A stretch of DNA of 40,582 bases from Kipferlia bialata. Its lineage: Eukaryota. The position numbers and the translations under genes are program-made. The notes below the pieces were generated by a model that was not told the DNA's origin, did no database searches, and saw only the letters and a list, made by a program, of their open reading frames with translations. Each line of letters begins with the position of its first letter. The stretch's first letter is position 1. Below are positions 36,166 to 40,582 of this stretch, one piece after another. The DNA lies in contig BDIP01000002.1 of the NCBI GenBank assembly GCA_003568945.1, positions 9,426 through 50,007 on the forward strand, in the 5' to 3' direction.

Positions 36166-36784
36166 ATGCACAACTCTCTCGAGAGCCTGGGAGACTACCT
36201 GATAGGTGGGTACTATCATATGAATAGACATCATATACTATCCCTGCATCTCTCTCTCCTCCCCATCTCCCCCCCCCCCCCTCCCAGGTGCCACGTGTTT
36301 GTTTGGCCTGCCCTCCCCAGCCAAGTANNNNNNNNNNNNNNNNNNNNNNNNNNNNNNNNNNNNNNNNNNNNNNNNNNNNNNNNNNNNNNNNNNNNNNNNN
36401 NNNNNNNNNNNNNNNNNNNNNNNNNNNNNNNNNNNNNNNNNNNNNNNNNNNNNNNNNGTGGTGGTTTTTTTTTTTCAAACCCCCCCCCCCCCCCCCCCCC
36501 CCCCCACCCACCCCTGTTTCTCTCCCTCTCTCCTGCCAGGACAAGTATGTGACTCTCTTCCGTGATAGGCTTGAGGTCCACAAGTACTACTTCCCCCTGT
36601 TCACCAAGAGGGTGATACCACTCAGTGAGGTATGTGTGGTGACATATAGTGTGTCTCCTATTGTACTAGTATATATCTCTCCCCCTTCCCTCTCTCACAT
36701 CAGATCAGGCGTATCCAGGATGCCACAAGAGTATCAGTGTTCCTGACAAAGGTATGTATCACCCTCTCATGCCTGCTCTCTCCC

Positions 36785-36821
<37 letters not shown>

Positions 36822-37902
36822 GTTCCTGACAAAGGTAGGCATCATCGCTTCTCTCTCTAATCCCCCCCCCCATCTCCCTATTCAGAATGTGTCTCAGTAT
36901 GTGAACTCAATTTCTCCCATATCCGCCCCTCTCTCCCCCTCCCTCCCTCACTCTCCTCCCCTCTTCTCTCCCCCAGAGCTGGGGCATGATGGTGGACTGG
37001 ACAGTGTACTGGGCATGCGGCATGAGGTGGGGACATTATGCATATATATATGTATTTGAGTCTGCATACACTGTTTGAAATGAGTTGAGAATTCTCTCTA
37101 CCATATATAGGGATATATATCTATATATCTCCTCATACTCTCTCCCCCCCTCTACCCTATATATATATATATGTATATGTATATGTCCCCTCACCCCACA
37201 GGTCCAAGGCCGGCAGGAACGGGGTGGGCAAGGTCATAGCATGGACATCGAAGGTACCACTCTCGCCACATGCCAATTGGTACACCATGATGGAAGACCC
37301 CACGCCCCACTTCGCTTCTTCTGGGTAGTGTATTCAGATAAACTCTCCCCGTCACGGCAACTTCCCTGGTTTAATAATCATTACTTACATATAATTGTAT
37401 ATATCCTTGTAGAGTTCTTGCCCCCAGAGCTACTTCCAGAGTATATGTATGAGTGGTATATACACCTTCCACTCACCCTATCAGGGCTACTTCCGTGGGT
37501 CCGATAAATTATATATATTACTCTTCACATGTGAATACACAGAATACTTTTGCATAGTTCTCACCCCCAGGGCTACTTCCCCGGCTTTAATGTGGTCAAT
37601 GCAAGTGCATTCCTCAGACAGTGCCAGGCACTGGAGCTCACAGGTATAAGGAGTATGTATATATGAGGGGATGGGTGGACATACTCTGGCACATGTGTGC
37701 CTACCCCTTCTCAGACCTGACACATCGCACTGCGACAGAGAAGGAGGTTTCACTTGTGCCGTATACGTGTATATATAGCATATTCATACATCTCATTGCC
37801 ACTTTTCCCCACCCCCAGTCTTTGAGAGTGATTCCATGCCATGTTCCAATGACCTACAGGGGAAGAATGGCAAGACCAACACAGAGTGAGGGGTATGAGT
37901 GA
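36166..37902 (+). CDS. Hypothetical protein with PH-like 'YYFP...WG...W' signature (spans a small gap; 3' end uncertain)
   Basis: Spliced DKYVTLFRDRLEVHKYYFPLFTKRVIPLSE|IRRIQDATRVSVFLTK|SWGMMVDWTVYWACGMR|SKAG..VIAWTSK|GYFPGFNVVNASAFLRQC. The last exons are ambiguous, with a stop at ~37889 or 37902. Confidence 0.6.
36328..36457. other. Assembly gap (N run)
   Basis: About 130 N characters. Confidence 0.99.
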
Positions 37903-38284
37903 CTGGAGTCACATGGGGCACGAAACCCTCGAGTCGTGTGCCAATACTCCTTGTAACAATAGTTAAATGTAATAATTTTTTATGCAGCAGTATAGTGTGC
38001 CTCACATTTCGATCAAAGCACTGATGGGTGGAGTAGAGCTGGAGCGAGGTTCCAACGGAGCTGTAAATAGGTAGAAACGCTTCATTCAACTGTGGCTCTA
38101 CCAGTCACTCTACAGTGTAGACTCCACAGTGAGTTGGGCTGTTGAGAGTCGACTCGAGACTGTAGTCAACATGGTCCGAAGAAGGAGTGAAACAAACACT
38201 TAGAAACAGCTGCAGTGGACCTCCTCTCATCCTCATACCCGACTGAGAATCCCCCGGAGATTGACCCTCATGAGTCCCCCCAAG

Positions 38285-39829
38285 ATGGATTTGATGGAGT
38301 GCATTCTCACAAGGTGGGGGGCAAGGAGTACGGTGTCTCTGCTGAGTAGGCAGTTTCGGACACACTTAGAATGTGTGTCAACCGTACACTTTACGCCGGC
38401 AATGCGCTGTTCCCTCTGAAAACACTCGACGACCTACCTCTCCCGCATTTTAACCCCTCAGGAAGAGTGTAAGACACTTTGACATCACAAGGCCTGTGCC
38501 AAAGGTAAGTTCTACACACTACAGTATTTACCTTACCTTTCTATATATACAGAGTCTGTATAACAGACACACCCACTCTTACCCCAGTCCACCCTCCTGT
38601 ACCTTGTCCAGGCAGGGTGTGCGGCACCAACAGGGTGCAATGCACAGTACGTCCATACTTATGACGGACACACCTCTATACCAAATACTATTATCCACTC
38701 TCACCCAGGCCCTGGCACTTTGTGATTGTTACCAACCGAGTAGTGCTGGACAAGGTGGCAGACACCCTGGAGTCGATACAGAGACCCTTGGTCAAGTTTG
38801 TGAGAGAGGTACGGAGAACAGCTAAGACATCGTATCGCATTTGGTTGATGCAGGCACCTACCATGGTTGGGAACCAATATGTCTCTCCGCATACGCCATA
38901 ACACCACTACCCTCATCCCCCATGTGTCTCTTCACACCACTGAATATGAACTCTCTAAGTATGAACATATACTTCTCCACGACTTATCCTCTGTGTCAGA
39001 CTCTGACCCCCATGCCCACTGTTTCATTGCCATCCACCGAGAATCATCTGTAGCATATGATATGCCATATCATATTTATAGAGTATAAAGTGTTATTGAT
39101 TGTGTCTTGTATCAGTGACTCCCATCCCCCTTACCCCCATGCCCCCTCTGCCATAGTGATATGTGGTGACATGGACAGAGTGGCACAGATACCTGCACAC
39201 CCAGAGTTCAGAGACCTGTGGCTGCAGGTGGGTAGGGGACCAGCCAGAGTGGTACTTGTACTGTATGTCTTCCCAATAGCACTATAACTTCTTACCACGT
39301 AGGACTGTGCGTGTGCCACCCAGAACATCCTGTTGGCAGCACACGCACACGGGCTAGGTTAGCGGTAGTTAGCAGTGCTATTATAGTACAACTACTATGT
39401 TTCAGATCCTGCCTCTCACCTCCAGGTGCCGTATGGACCACCACATACCCAGGGGACAGGTCGGACAGAGTGAGGTGGGTGAGAAAGTGTTACTTGTATA
39501 TATACATACATATTAGAGACATTCTCATCCGATGTCTGCTAATAGTAGACTGCTATAGACTATGGCAGATACCCTACGCTGCGTATCCACACCTTACCTC
39601 CCAGAAACCTCCTGTCTCTGCCTGCCACCCTTGTGCCCATGTGTGTGGTACCCATAGGGTATGCCTCAGAGGGGTGAGTGCATGTATTACTCGTTGATGA
39701 ATGTGACATTCGATCACTCACTCTTGGACTCATAAGTAACGAGTCATAACCATCCCTTCTCACCCTGTCAGTGATAAAAGCCGTGTCAAGGACAAGTGCA
39801 GTCCAGAGAGAGTCACCCACATAGAGTGA
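38285..39829 (+). CDS. FMN-dependent nitroreductase family protein (9 exons, 182 aa)
   Basis: Exons 38285-38313, 38462-38504, 38588-38646, 38709-38808, 39141-39227, 39303-39357, 39426-39474, 39605-39673 and 39772-39829 give MDLMECILTRKSVRHFD..AAPTGCNAQPWHFVIV..APSAIVICGD..QDCACATQNILLAAHAHGLGAVWT..VPIGY..KDK..ERVTH, which carries the canonical nitroreductase motifs. The exon-5 acceptor reads AT rather than AG. Confidence 0.92.
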
Positions 39830-40165
39830 GAGTGTGCCCAGGGAGCCTAAATGATGTCATAGCCCAGGTTGATAGCATCACCCTCATGGACTGTGGGTCA
39901 TAGGCTATGACTCATAGCAGCCCAAGAAACACCAGGAGACATAGATATGTTAGACAGAGATACTTGCTGCTGTTCAAGTCACACATTATACGTCGGCCGT
40001 GCAAATTTAGAGACTCACATATAGTGAACGCGTAGAATCCTGTGTAGAACTATTTGCCGAGAAATCTCCATTTCTCCGCCAATTCTCCGATTCCGCGACT
40101 CGTGCCATTCAGCCAGTGCCTCTCTCTCATACCCTTGGGCCTCTACCCCACGTACCCAAGTGCCC

Positions 40166-40464
40166 ATGTCTCGTGAGGAGTCCAGTGACGATTCGTCGAT
40201 GGACCTCGGGTCCCCCTCTGAGCTCGATGCGTTCAGAGACGCCCTGGTGTCTGAGGTAATGGGTGATGTATGCGTAGTCCTAGCTAACATACATGTATGT
40301 TGCTCCTGGAGCACAGTGCTACTACTGTCAATGACGTGTAAACGAGTGACTCTCTGTGTGTGTCTGCCCCCCCCTCCCTCCCCACCCCCAGGTAGCTGAC
40401 TTTGGTGCCGAGTCTGTGGTTGAGAGGACCATTCTGACAGAGGCAGTGGTGCCTGCACTCATAG
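40166..40464 (+). CDS. Hypothetical protein, 5' part only
   Basis: ATG at 40166, MSREESSDDSSMDLGSPSELDAFRDALVSE|VADFGAESVVERTILTEAVVPALI, with GT-AG junctions. It runs off the window. Confidence 0.6.
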
Positions 40465-40534
40465 GTAATGGGCATACGCTGGTATATATATATACATACT
40501 CAGAGATAGTGGCCAGTAGCCATATATGTGTTGA

Positions 40535-40582
<48 letters not shown>

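Noticed and set aside
38100..38172. Short palindromes (GAGTCGACTC, CTACAGTGTAG) upstream of the nitroreductase
   Set aside because: They are too short to distinguish from chance, with no terminal inverted repeat plus target-site duplication and no recognisable RNA fold.
40537..40582. Poly-C tracts as telomeric or functional G-quadruplex elements (also 17-40, 29845-29880 and 36480-36505)
   Set aside because: They sit at contig and gap edges in intron pyrimidine tracts, and their lengths are unreliable where sequencing breaks.

Overview
This is eukaryotic, very intron-dense genomic DNA from a draft assembly, with two N-gaps and poly-C tracts at the contig edges. Short GT-AG introns, (TA)n/(GA)n microsatellites and a branch point placed next to the acceptor (YTNAC-CCC-AG) suggest a free-living fornicate such as Kipferlia; this is inference only. 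I spliced 11 genes by hand. They are a hypothetical gene, a kelch-like gene, a 16-exon stand-alone EXD2-type HNH protein, a ~4,770-aa type-I surface protein, a partial secreted protein, an NC2alpha-like histone-fold protein, a Cys-rich membrane protein, a small secreted protein, a PH-like protein, a bacterial-type nitroreductase and a partial gene at the 3' end. The giant protein has a signal peptide, an FG-GAP propeller, six ~513-aa Ig-like super-repeats, a second FG-GAP propeller and a TM helix, and its 12.4-kb last exon contains one -1 frameshift. The most unusual signal is that many introns carry tandem 'echo' copies of the adjacent exon end together with its splice site. These copies often differ from the real exon by synonymous or conservative changes, which is not what neutral decay of a simple duplicate predicts.
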